In this document: positions 1-8,384 of the stretch, piece after piece
Layout of the letters: each line of letters opens with the position of its first letter
How positions within the stretch are numbered: the first letter of the stretch is position 1
NCBI RefSeq assembly: GCF_016806735.1
Contig: NZ_CP060530.1
Span: 840,001 to 872,000 of the forward strand
Source of the DNA: Candidatus Micrarchaeum sp.
Lineage (GTDB): Archaea; Micrarchaeota; Micrarchaeia; Micrarchaeales; Micrarchaeaceae
DNA: 32,000 nt
Direction of reading: 5' to 3'
The notes under the pieces: model-generated
Seen by the model: the letters and a program-made list of their open reading frames with translations, nothing else
Database searches by the model: none
Told to the model about the DNA's origin: nothing
Made by a program: the position numbers and the translations under genes

Positions 1-114
1 AGATTAGCGATAATAGTTTAGCATAAAAACCTATAAAAAGATTTGGAAATCCCTGCTCAGGTATTTAGGATTATACATTTAAACTTTAATTGAGTATGTT
101 TTGCAGGTGACACC

Positions 115-1167
115 ATGGAGCTCTTGGACAACGCTTTGAACAACAATGATTTTGACGACACGCTTTTCAAGGCCAAGATTGCAGTATGCGGACTTGGCGG
201 CGGGGGCAGCAACACGATACAGAGGATGGTAAAGCAGGGCATAAAGAGCGCCAGCTTCATAGCAGTCAATACGGACTCCAAGCACCTCAACAGCCTGGAT
301 CCGTCAATAAACAGGATACTTATCGGCGGGCCGCTGACAAAGGGCCTGGGAGCAGGAGGCTTCCCTGAAATGGGTGCTAGGGCCGCTGAATACTCAAGGG
401 GCGACCTCAAGAAGGCTTTAGATGGCTATAACCTGGTGTTCGTATGCGCCGGAATGGGCGGAGGAACAGGAGGTGGCGCAGCTCCAGTAGCTGCAGGCAT
501 AGCCAAGGAAAACGGAGCCATAGTTATAGGCATAGTCACATTCCCGTTCAGGCTGGAGAAGGTAAGGCTGCAGGTTGCAATGAAGAGCATACAGGACCTA
601 AGAAAGAACGTCGACACGCTCATAGTCATAGACAACCAGAGGCTGGTCAGCCTGTACCAGAACCTTGCACTTGAGCAGGCGTTCAGGGTTGCCGACGAAG
701 TGGCGTATAGGGCAGTAAAGGGGATTACCGAAACCGTCAATACTCCAAGCTTCATAAACCTAGATTTCGCAGACGTCAAAGCAGTGATGAACAGCGGCGG
801 CCTTGCAATGATAAGCATAGGCGAAGGCAAGGGCACCAACAAGGTCGAGGAAGCCGTCGAAGACACGCTGAAGAACAAGCTTCTTGACGTGGATTATGAC
901 GGAGCTACCGGAGTGCTAATGCACATAACCGGAGGCGACGACCTTACGTTGGGAGAAGCAAACGAGATAGGCAGGAAGCTGACGGAGCACATATCCCAGA
1001 ATGCCAACATACTGTGGGGAGCCAGGGTCGACCCCGCATACAACGGCAAGATAGAGCTCATAGCCATATTCACCGGAGTGAAAAGCCCATCGATACTCGG
1101 AAGCTCTGAAAGCAGCGAGTTCGGGCCAAGCAACGAAAAGAGGAGCTATGGCATAGATGAAATATGA
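115..1167 (+). CDS. ftsZ: Cell division GTPase FtsZ (tubulin homologue)
   Basis: 350-aa ORF. N-terminal 'GLGGGGSNTIQRM' loop and tubulin/FtsZ signature 'GMGGGTGGGAAPV'. GGTGA Shine-Dalgarno-like motif at 106-110, 4 nt before the ATG. Confidence 0.95.
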   Translation: MELLDNALNNNDFDDTLFKAKIAVCGLGGGGSNTIQRMVKQGIKSASFIAVNTDSKHLNSLDPSINRILIGGPLTKGLGAGGFPEMGARAAEYSRGDLKKALDGYNLVFVCAGMGGGTGGGAAPVAAGIAKENGAIVIGIVTFPFRLEKVRLQVAMKSIQDLRKNVDTLIVIDNQRLVSLYQNLALEQAFRVADEVAYRAVKGITETVNTPSFINLDFADVKAVMNSGGLAMISIGEGKGTNKVEEAVEDTLKNKLLDVDYDGATGVLMHITGGDDLTLGEANEIGRKLTEHISQNANILWGARVDPAYNGKIELIAIFTGVKSPSILGSSESSEFGPSNEKRSYGIDEI

Positions 1168-1170
1168 ATG

Positions 1171-1180
1171 ATTTAAATAT
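1171..1180 (+). promoter_or_regulatory. TATA-like box ATTTAAATAT upstream of the disulfide oxidoreductase gene
   Basis: AT-rich 10-mer centred about 38 nt upstream of the ATG at 1213. The identical 10-mer recurs at 9597-9606 upstream of the cassette A operon. Confidence 0.35.
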
Positions 1181-1212
1181 ATTTTCCGGCACAATGAAAT
1201 TTTAGTGATTTA

Positions 1213-1869
1213 ATGAGCATGCTGAACGACGGAGACAGGAAAGCGCTAGAAGAAACTTTCAAGAAGGAGATGTCGGATGACGTCTCTGTAATGTATTTCA
1301 CGGATTCCAAGGACAGATGCGAATACTGCGGGGAAAACCTGAAGCTGCTTGAGGAGCTTAGCTCCATAGACAGCAGGATAAAGCTCACGGTATACGACAT
1401 AAACGAGCACCGGAGCGAGGCAAAGTTCCTTGGAGTTGATGCCACGCCGTCTACAGTAATCGGTGGAAAGCGCATTTACGGAGTGATTTACAAGGGCATA
1501 CCAGCAGGGCATGAATTCGCTTCTTTGATTGGCGACATAATAGACGCATCGAGGAATTCGACAACCCTTTCGGAAAACACGAAGAAGAAGCTTAGTGGGC
1601 TCAAGAAGCACGTGGACATAAAGGTATTCGTGACTCCGACATGCCCGTGGTGCCCGAAAGCAGTCAGAATAGCGCACCAGTTTGCGATGGAGAGCAAGTT
1701 CGTCAGGAGCAGCATGATAGAGGCTTCAGAATTCATGGACTTGGCGAAGAAATATGCAGTAATGGGAGTGCCTAAGATAGTCATAAACGACAAATACTCT
1801 TTTGAAGGCGCGCAGCCGGAAGATGTTTTCCTGAACTACGTAATGGCGTCAGCAGAGGACGCGGCATGA
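1213..1869 (+). CDS. Protein-disulfide oxidoreductase, glutaredoxin-like, two thioredoxin-fold units
   Basis: 218 aa with two CXXC active-site motifs, 'CEYC' in the N-terminal half and 'CPWC' in the C-terminal half, plus 'GVPKIVIN' (cis-Pro loop type). Same architecture as archaeal PDO proteins such as Pyrococcus PDO. Confidence 0.8.
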   Translation: MSMLNDGDRKALEETFKKEMSDDVSVMYFTDSKDRCEYCGENLKLLEELSSIDSRIKLTVYDINEHRSEAKFLGVDATPSTVIGGKRIYGVIYKGIPAGHEFASLIGDIIDASRNSTTLSENTKKKLSGLKKHVDIKVFVTPTCPWCPKAVRIAHQFAMESKFVRSSMIEASEFMDLAKKYAVMGVPKIVINDKYSFEGAQPEDVFLNYVMASAEDAA

Positions 1870-1877
1870 GCTTGCGC

Positions 1878-3107
1878 TCATGCTGATTTTATCGCGTCCA
1901 CAAGATACTGCGCAAATTCCTTTGTCCCTAGCGCTTCGACACCCATGAACCTTGCTATGTCAGGAGTGACCTTGCGCTCCTTCATGGCCTTTTCTACGGC
2001 CTTTGATATGAGCCCTGCGGCTTCAGTCCACCCCATGAAAGTCAGCATGAGCTCGCCGGCCTTAAGTATGCCCATCGGATTTGCTACGTTCTTGTTGGCA
2101 TATTTAGGAGCGGTCCCGTGCGCAGCTTCAAACATGCCACCTTCTGCGCCAACGTTTGCGCCGCCGAGCACGCCTATATCTCCTATTAGCGCACCGCACG
2201 CATCGGATACGTAATCGCCGTTGAGGTTCGGAGCCAGTATCACGTCGTACAGCTCCGGCTTGGTTATTATCTGCTGGAACATGTTGTCCGCTATCCTGTC
2301 GTTGAAAAGTATCTTTCCCTGCGGGATCTTGCCTTCGTATTTTGAGTACAATTCTTCTTCGGTAACTATTTTGTCCCCGAATTCCTTCTGCGCTACTTCA
2401 TACGCCCAGTCCTTGAATGCGCCCTCAGTATATTTCATTATGTTGCCCTTGTGCATTACCGTTATGGATTTCCTCCCGTTTTCTATGGCGTATTTTATCG
2501 CCATCCTCGTTATCCTCTGCGTCTTCGCCTTGCCTATCGGCTTTATGCCGATGCCGGCATCCGGATCTATGTTGACGTTCATCGAAGTTTTGAGGAACTC
2601 CCTGACCTTCTCCGCTTCGGCGCTGTTGTACGGCCACTCTATTCCGGTGTATATGTCGTCAGTATTTTCCCTGAATATGACCATGTCGACCCTTTCCGGA
2701 TATTTGAGCGGGCTGTCCAGGCCTTCTATGTATTTTACTGGCCTTATGTTTGCATAAAGGTCCAGCATTATCCTGAGCGTGACGTTCAAAGACCTGAACC
2801 CTGAGCCAACCGGGGTAGTTAGCGGCCCCTTGTAGACTATCTTATATGCTTTTATTGTGTCCAAGGTCTCTTCCGGGAGGCCCGTATTGTATTTCTTCTG
2901 TGCCTCCTCGCCTGCTTCCACACGCAGCCAGTTTATGCCCTTTGAGCCGTTGTATGCCTTTGCAACAGCAGCATCTATTATCGATACCGAAGCCGCTGTT
3001 ATTTCCGGGCCTATTCCGTCGCCGTATACGAGGGGTATGGTTGGGTGATCCGGAGTTATCCATTTCCCGTTTTCAAAACTTATTGATTCTTTTTTCTGTT
3101 CTTCCAT
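1878..3107 (-). CDS. icd: NADP-dependent isocitrate dehydrogenase
   Basis: Carries 'GFRSLNVTLR' (substrate / phospho-Ser loop of prokaryotic IDH) and 'NLNGDYVSDA' (metal site). The ORF track starts at GTG 3116. I prefer ATG 3107 because AGGTG (3118-3114, minus strand) lies 6 nt upstream of it. Confidence 0.92.
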   Translation of the reverse strand: MEEQKKESISFENGKWITPDHPTIPLVYGDGIGPEITAASVSIIDAAVAKAYNGSKGINWLRVEAGEEAQKKYNTGLPEETLDTIKAYKIVYKGPLTTPVGSGFRSLNVTLRIMLDLYANIRPVKYIEGLDSPLKYPERVDMVIFRENTDDIYTGIEWPYNSAEAEKVREFLKTSMNVNIDPDAGIGIKPIGKAKTQRITRMAIKYAIENGRKSITVMHKGNIMKYTEGAFKDWAYEVAQKEFGDKIVTEEELYSKYEGKIPQGKILFNDRIADNMFQQIITKPELYDVILAPNLNGDYVSDACGALIGDIGVLGGANVGAEGGMFEAAHGTAPKYANKNVANPMGILKAGELMLTFMGWTEAAGLISKAVEKAMKERKVTPDIARFMGVEALGTKEFAQYLVDAIKSA

Positions 3108-3130
3108 TTTACACACCTTAATCTAGAGAG

Positions 3131-5434
3131 TTAGCCCGTATCTATTTTTGTGGGCTCGTTTATTGACTTGTCCCTGCTGAATTCGTATATTCTTGCGTTG
3201 TGAACCTGCTTGAGCGCGTCGTCATGCGTTATGACGAATATCTGCTCGACTATGCTTGGCAAGGAATTGCTAAATACCTCTATCATCTTTGCTATTCCCT
3301 GTGCGTCAAGATTGTGCGTAGGCTCATCCAGTATGAGCCATTTGAGATTCGGAACTATAACCATTGACATGGCTATGCGTAGCGCAAGGCACGCTATGCT
3401 GCGCTCGCCGCCGCTTGAGACTCCGTCTACTTGAACCCATGTCTGTTCCCCGTCTATAGTTACCGCAGCTTCAAGAGAATAGTCGTCAGGATATGCCCTG
3501 AGCGCTATGCTGGAATAGTCCCCGTACGGATATAGACCAATCCACAGCTGCTCTAGCAGCTCGTTTATCGAAGATACAAGCCTTGTCCTAAGCTGGGCTT
3601 CTGTATCTATAAGCGCATTCTTGAAGCGCATAATTTCGGCTGAAATCCTGCGCCTTTCTGATACCTTTTGCTCTATTTCGTTGAGCCTTGCTATTGACTT
3701 TATTATTTCCTCCAGCTGGAGCTGAAGCTTCGATGAAGCTTCTGAAGACGCCTTTAGTTCCGCATTTGTCTTTGCGTATTCTGCGTTCTTTGCGTTGTAG
3801 TTCTCGCGCAGCTCTTCCAATTCCTTGTCCGTAACCTTTATTTTTGATATTCTGGAATTCGCCTCGTCCAAAGCCTTTTTTGAAGATTCTATCTCTGATT
3901 TTATCGAATCGGCACGATTTATGGCTTCTATTTCTGACCTGTTCTTTTCGGACTTTTCGGCCAAGGCATCGCGTTTTGGCTTGATCGCTTCGGCTGCCTT
4001 CTCGAGTTCAGCAACATGCGCTTCGGCAGAAACCATTTCGGCACGCAGGATTTTGGCTTTTTCAGACGAACCCTTGTAAGACGCAAGCTTTGCAATCAAG
4101 GCGTTTATCTCGTTGAACTTTGCATTCAGCGCAGAAAGCTCCTTTTCTGTTGAGGTTACCTTCTGCTCGTTGGCGGATATTTCTTCTTTGAGCTTTTTGA
4201 TTAGGGAATCCCTTTCCTCGAGGAGGCGCTTCTTGAGCTCTTTGCTGAGCGGCCTTTCGCATATCGGGCAATTGCTTTCGTGCTTCCTGAGCTCGTCAAG
4301 CCATTTCTGGGCCTCTGCAAGCCTGCTTCTCGAATCGGCAAGGCCTGAAACCGCTGCCTTTACCTCGCTGTCCTTGGAATTTATCGAAGATTTTATCTCT
4401 TCCAAGTCCGATTTTCCTATCTCGTTTTTTATCTTTGATTCTTTTTCCGCATCCGAAATGCACTGCCTCAGCTGTGCATCTACCGTGGAGCGCTTCTTTA
4501 TGGCTTCTTTCTCCTTAGTTAGGAGCGACTCTATTTCCTTGTCCGCTGACCTGAGTTCCTCTGCGATTTTTGAGCCCTCCGATTCCAGTTCCTGTTTGGT
4601 ATTCTCTGGGAGCTTTATTTTTTCCAGCTGTGATGAAAGAGTGGAAAGCCTGCTTTCTATGCTTGCAATATCCTTAGAAAGAGCTGCCTTTGCATCTGAC
4701 TGCTCCTTCATTTTTTGATATTCCTGCTTCATGAGCAAGAGCTCTTCGCGCAGCGACTTTGCAGCCTTTGAGAGCTCTTCCGCCTTTGCTTTTTCCTCCT
4801 TCTGCTCTTTGCGCAGGGCCTCGGACCTGTCCTGCATTGACTTCAGGTCTGCGCTCTCTATCAGCTTTTCGTCTTCCTGTATATATGACTTGAGCGCATT
4901 AATCAATGATGTCGCGTTCTCCTCAGCAAGAGCGAACCTGTCAAGGCCAAGCATCTCGTCTATCTGCTTCTTGCGCTCTCCCTTCCTGAGCTCTAGGAAA
5001 TAATCCAGCCTGTTCTGTTCCGCGTATATGGCGCGCGAAAAGACTTCATAATTTATTTTGAGTATGGATTCTATCTCTTCGTTTACACGCTCTGACTGCG
5101 TCTGTAGATACTGCCCATTCTTCTCTATTTTGGCTTCTGCCTTCTTGCTCCTGCCTATGGTCCTGGTTATTGTATATGTGTCGCTGCCGAGAACCAGCTC
5201 CAGCTCGACACCGGCCGTGCTTTTCCTGCTTGGCCTGTTCATTATTATGTCTTCTACCTTGTAACGCCTGTGCTCCAGTGCTGGAAAAGTTCCGAAAAGC
5301 GCAAACGACATTGCGTCCATCATGGAGCTTTTTCCGGCACCCATTAGGCCGACTATAACGTTGGTTCCCTTCTGGAATTCTATTTTTGTGTTATCATGGG
5401 TCTTCCAGTTGGTTAGTTTTATGGATTTTATCAT
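3131..5434 (-). CDS. rad50: DNA double-strand-break repair ATPase Rad50
   Basis: 767 aa. Walker A 'GLMGAGKSS' at the N-terminus, long K/E-rich coiled coil, central zinc hook 'CPICERP', ABC signature 'SGGE', Walker B 'LILDEPT' and 'ITHD' H-loop at the C-terminus. Confidence 0.9.
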   Translation of the reverse strand: MIKSIKLTNWKTHDNTKIEFQKGTNVIVGLMGAGKSSMMDAMSFALFGTFPALEHRRYKVEDIIMNRPSRKSTAGVELELVLGSDTYTITRTIGRSKKAEAKIEKNGQYLQTQSERVNEEIESILKINYEVFSRAIYAEQNRLDYFLELRKGERKKQIDEMLGLDRFALAEENATSLINALKSYIQEDEKLIESADLKSMQDRSEALRKEQKEEKAKAEELSKAAKSLREELLLMKQEYQKMKEQSDAKAALSKDIASIESRLSTLSSQLEKIKLPENTKQELESEGSKIAEELRSADKEIESLLTKEKEAIKKRSTVDAQLRQCISDAEKESKIKNEIGKSDLEEIKSSINSKDSEVKAAVSGLADSRSRLAEAQKWLDELRKHESNCPICERPLSKELKKRLLEERDSLIKKLKEEISANEQKVTSTEKELSALNAKFNEINALIAKLASYKGSSEKAKILRAEMVSAEAHVAELEKAAEAIKPKRDALAEKSEKNRSEIEAINRADSIKSEIESSKKALDEANSRISKIKVTDKELEELRENYNAKNAEYAKTNAELKASSEASSKLQLQLEEIIKSIARLNEIEQKVSERRRISAEIMRFKNALIDTEAQLRTRLVSSINELLEQLWIGLYPYGDYSSIALRAYPDDYSLEAAVTIDGEQTWVQVDGVSSGGERSIACLALRIAMSMVIVPNLKWLILDEPTHNLDAQGIAKMIEVFSNSLPSIVEQIFVITHDDALKQVHNARIYEFSRDKSINEPTKIDTG

Positions 5435-5486
5435 ATATGCAACCCTGACAACTAGGATTAGGATTTAAGGTTTTTATGCAATGTGC

Positions 5487-5492
5487 AAAAAA
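5487..5492 (-). terminator. Oligo-T tract (T6 on the minus strand) downstream of the 118-aa ORF
   Basis: AAAAAA on the + strand, about 44 nt after the stop at 5536. It is preceded on the minus strand by a short 5-bp stem (cgcca...tggcg, 5503-5522). Archaeal terminators are typically oligo-T runs. Confidence 0.3.
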
Positions 5493-5535
5493 CGTTGGAA
5501 GCGCCGCCAAGCTTTGTGCTGGCGGGCGGTGCGGC

Positions 5536-5892
5536 TTATCTCTCCGCTTTGAGGTAATTCTTTGCCGCTTCCATTATCGAAACGAATTCGTCGATTTCCT
5601 TTGGATCGTATGGGTCTTCGCAGTGTGCCCTCATCGTCAGGACTTTGCGCCCCTCACTGAGGCTGTTTATTACGAATTCATACTTGTCTACCCTTACCAG
5701 GCTAGACGGATCTGAAACGTCATTGCTGACAGAGATTTTAGCTTTGGGAATTCCGCCCAGTACATCTTCCGCAATCTTCCTTACTGCTTCCCTGGCAGAT
5801 ACCGCTTGTTCGTCGCTTTGGACTGATAGGGGCAACTGCGTAACCAGCCTTGACTTGCTGTCAATCTCGAATGTCGATATGCTCTTGAACAT
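5536..5892 (-). CDS. Hypothetical protein (118 aa, acidic, no recognised motif)
   Basis: Clean ATG-initiated ORF between ef1b and rad50 on the same strand, with AT-rich TATA-like elements 25-45 nt upstream (5913-5942). No family recognised by eye. Confidence 0.45.
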   Translation of the reverse strand: MFKSISTFEIDSKSRLVTQLPLSVQSDEQAVSAREAVRKIAEDVLGGIPKAKISVSNDVSDPSSLVRVDKYEFVINSLSEGRKVLTMRAHCEDPYDPKEIDEFVSIMEAAKNYLKAER

Positions 5893-5999
5893 CTTAGCAC
5901 CTCTTTATGCATGTGGTATAATGTCCATTGCCTTATATATTAAGCCTTTTGTGTAGAATCGACATTAAGCGAATGGGCTGCTTTTAGGACAAGAACGCC

Positions 6000-6248
6000 T
6001 TATATGAGGCTTTCCTCAGAAACGTCGACCTGGCTCACTCCGGATATCGCCTTGAGCTGCTCCTCGATCTTGGACGAGCTGTTTTTCTCGTCATCGAAGG
6101 TGAAGAACACCTTGAGCACCTTTATGCCGAAAGCGACCTCCTGCGAATCCATGCTTGCAGGGCTAAGGCTTGCTTTTATGTTTTGAGAAACCTCGTCAAA
6201 TCTGCCTTCCTCTGCGTATACGTTGAATACTACTCCTACTTTTGCCAT
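6000..6248 (-). CDS. ef1b: Translation elongation factor aEF-1 beta
   Basis: 82 aa. The layout 'VVFNVYAEE...EVAFGIKVLKVFFTFDDE....EEQLKAISGVSQVDVSE' follows the conserved aEF-1beta pattern (AFG-hydrophobic-K/hydrophobic...GV..V.V). It sits next to the Zn-ribbon gene that normally accompanies it in archaea. Confidence 0.85.
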   Translation of the reverse strand: MAKVGVVFNVYAEEGRFDEVSQNIKASLSPASMDSQEVAFGIKVLKVFFTFDDEKNSSSKIEEQLKAISGVSQVDVSEESLI

Positions 6249-6418
6249 TATGGTCCCTCAAATCCGCAGTTGCTGCACTTATATGTGTTTGCTATCTCCC
6301 TGCAGTGGGAGCACCTGACTATGTTGGTTTCGCCGCAGCTGGGGCACTTGAATTCGCTGTATTCATGAGTCAGCCTGCCGCATGAAACGCACACTTTTCC
6401 TGGTAAATCGTTTGCCAT
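6248..6418 (-). CDS. Small Zn-ribbon protein with four CxxC pairs (COG2888-like, translation-associated)
   Basis: Absent from the ORF track because it is under 60 aa. Hand translation: MANDLPGKVCVSCGRLTHEYSEFKCPSCGETNIVRCSHCREIANTYKCSNCGFEGP (56 aa). CxxC pairs are CVSC, CPSC, CSHC and CSNC. Its TAA stop overlaps the ef1b ATG (TAATG). This family is conserved next to aEF-1beta. Confidence 0.7.
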   Translation of the reverse strand: MANDLPGKVCVSCGRLTHEYSEFKCPSCGETNIVRCSHCREIANTYKCSNCGFEGP

Positions 6419-6424
6419 AAATTG

Positions 6425-8269
6425 TCACCTTGCCCGCTTGCCCCTTTGATTTCCGCCCCTAAGCTCGTTCCTGAGCTCGCTAAGGGTAATGAATGCAACC
6501 ACCAGAGTGGCAAGCAAAAGCGCGATTATGATTAGCAGCAGAATAATTATTATATTTATCGTTGACGGCAGGGCATGGCTAGGGCTCGATGGCTGGGTAG
6601 TCGATGGCTTTGATACCGGGGCAGTAGTTAGCATGCTATATATCTCCTTCGTGGAATTGCTAATTTCGCTGCCGAGGAGCGCAGCGTAATAGCCGCTGGA
6701 AAGCATTGAGGCAGATCTCTGCGGGGACACGAGCGACGATTCGTTCATGTAGAAGAGCGCTTCATCGGCAAACTGCGTGGCCCACGCGCCGAAGCGCGAC
6801 GAGTTTATAAGGGAAGCCGTAGCGTTGTATATTCCGCCTTCCGAAACGTTTGACGGTATGCTGTGCTCGTCAGAGACCATGTAATCAGAATCGAGGAGTG
6901 CCAGTGCGTAGTTTCCCTGGTCCAAGGCAACCTTTGCCCCTATTATATAAACGCTCGGGACCGAAGATGAAGAGGGGGATGACAATGCAGAGGATATTGC
7001 CGACTGGGCAACGGGCTTTAGCTGGTTGCTCACGTTAACTGCCTGATAGCTGCCCGAAGGCGAGCTTTCGGAGTATATCTGGCTGGCGGCCTTGCACCAC
7101 GCGTATGCCTCTGCTGCAGAGTATACGTTCCTGAGAACCCCGTCGGAGTCTATCGCGGTCGAATTGTACTGGCTGAGCAGCGCGTTTATTGTGACGTTTC
7201 CCCAGAGCTGCCTGAGCTCCCCGTTCAGCACGTCGTTATAGTTTGAACGGGTGAGAGGCGGAGGATTCAGGGAGCTGCAGTAGTAGCTCACGGAATTCAG
7301 CAGGGCCTGGCCGCGCGATATGCTCAAGTTTGGATTCTGAAACATGAAGCTGTTTATGAAATCTATGAATGCAACGTCAGCAGAAGTGTAATAATAGCCC
7401 TTCTGTGCCAGCTGCGATGCTTCCAACGCGTTTATGGACAGGTTTCTGGCTATTGGCGCGAACCTGCTGAAAGCCGAGACATTGCTTATTGAAGCATTGG
7501 TGAAATTTAGCGTAAAACTTGCAAGCTCTGCCAATGCGGTTTGGTTGCACTGGTTCGAGCATGAGAGATTTGCCTGTGGTATTCCGGATATATTATAGTT
7601 GTCCGAAACGTTGAAGCTGACATTTAAGCCAGAAACTGGAACGCTGCCCGTGGCATACAAGAACGCCTGGCTTACATTATTTATCGGGATGACACGCATG
7701 CCAAAATACCTTGAAGCAAGGTAGTATATTTCGGTTTCCAGCGAATTGTTTCCTGCGAATGGGACCATTATGAAGCTCATCCCGCGCGCTTTTGCGGCTT
7801 CTATCTTGTCGTATACTCCGCCTATTTCGCCTATCGTGCCGTTATAGTTTATTACTCCGGTAACGGTAAAATTGTCTAGCAGGCTTTTGTGCGAAAGAGC
7901 GGAAAGCGCAAGAAGGGTCATAGCCGTTCCAGCGCTCGGGCCGGATACGTTGGCAAAGTTGTCATTTATTTGATAGTGGAAATTGTAATTCTTGTAGTTG
8001 AGCCCGAGCTTCGAAGATGCGACAATGGCTGCAGCCTCAGATGAATTTATTGTAGATTGGCCCACGCTCAAGGGCCCGGTTATGTTTACTATGCCTGTTC
8101 CAGTGGTCACATTTAGCTTTATTATAGTAAGGGTGCCATTGTTTGTCTGCAATATTACCGCTGGCGCATGTATCGTTGCGTTCCCTACGAAGCCGGCAAA
8201 AGACATCGTTGCCAGCAGTATTGGCAGTATTGCCAGAAGCATTGCGCGGTTTTGCATCCCCACATTCAT
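6425..8269 (-). CDS. Exported, C-terminally membrane-anchored S16 (Lon-type) serine peptidase domain protein
   Basis: N-terminal signal/TM segment 'AMLLAILPILLATMSFAG'. Lon proteolytic-domain motifs 'NVSGPSAGTAMTLLALSAL' (catalytic Ser) and 'GEIGGVYDKIEAAKARG' (catalytic Lys). About 400 aa of unassigned region follow, then a Ser/Pro/Thr linker, TM helix 'INIIIILLLIIIALLLATLVVAFITL' and a basic tail. 28 N-x-S/T sequons by hand count. Confidence 0.7.
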   Translation of the reverse strand: MNVGMQNRAMLLAILPILLATMSFAGFVGNATIHAPAVILQTNNGTLTIIKLNVTTGTGIVNITGPLSVGQSTINSSEAAAIVASSKLGLNYKNYNFHYQINDNFANVSGPSAGTAMTLLALSALSHKSLLDNFTVTGVINYNGTIGEIGGVYDKIEAAKARGMSFIMVPFAGNNSLETEIYYLASRYFGMRVIPINNVSQAFLYATGSVPVSGLNVSFNVSDNYNISGIPQANLSCSNQCNQTALAELASFTLNFTNASISNVSAFSRFAPIARNLSINALEASQLAQKGYYYTSADVAFIDFINSFMFQNPNLSISRGQALLNSVSYYCSSLNPPPLTRSNYNDVLNGELRQLWGNVTINALLSQYNSTAIDSDGVLRNVYSAAEAYAWCKAASQIYSESSPSGSYQAVNVSNQLKPVAQSAISSALSSPSSSSVPSVYIIGAKVALDQGNYALALLDSDYMVSDEHSIPSNVSEGGIYNATASLINSSRFGAWATQFADEALFYMNESSLVSPQRSASMLSSGYYAALLGSEISNSTKEIYSMLTTAPVSKPSTTQPSSPSHALPSTINIIIILLLIIIALLLATLVVAFITLSELRNELRGGNQRGKRAR

Positions 8270-8384
8270 TACCTTTGTTTGCGTTTTTGGGCATCGAAAA
8301 GTGCGATCGCCTTAAAATTACAGCCCTTTACTTTTTAGGAAAGCCAATCGTAATAAAGCTTGCGGTTTATTTTTATTTTTGTTT

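Noticed and set aside
2221-2757. 178-aa + strand ORF, with neighbours at 1945-2214 and 2451-2804
   Set aside because: Entirely antisense to, and nested within, the strongly supported icd gene. The sequence is hydrophobic low-complexity with no recognisable family.
4113-4718. 201-aa Ser/Phe/Leu-rich ORF on the + strand, plus similar ORFs at 3825-4079 and 4731-5003
   Set aside because: They lie antisense to the K/E-rich coiled coil of rad50. GAA/AAG/GAG codons read on the opposite strand give TTC/CTT/CTC, producing a low-complexity shadow ORF. No start context or motif supports them.
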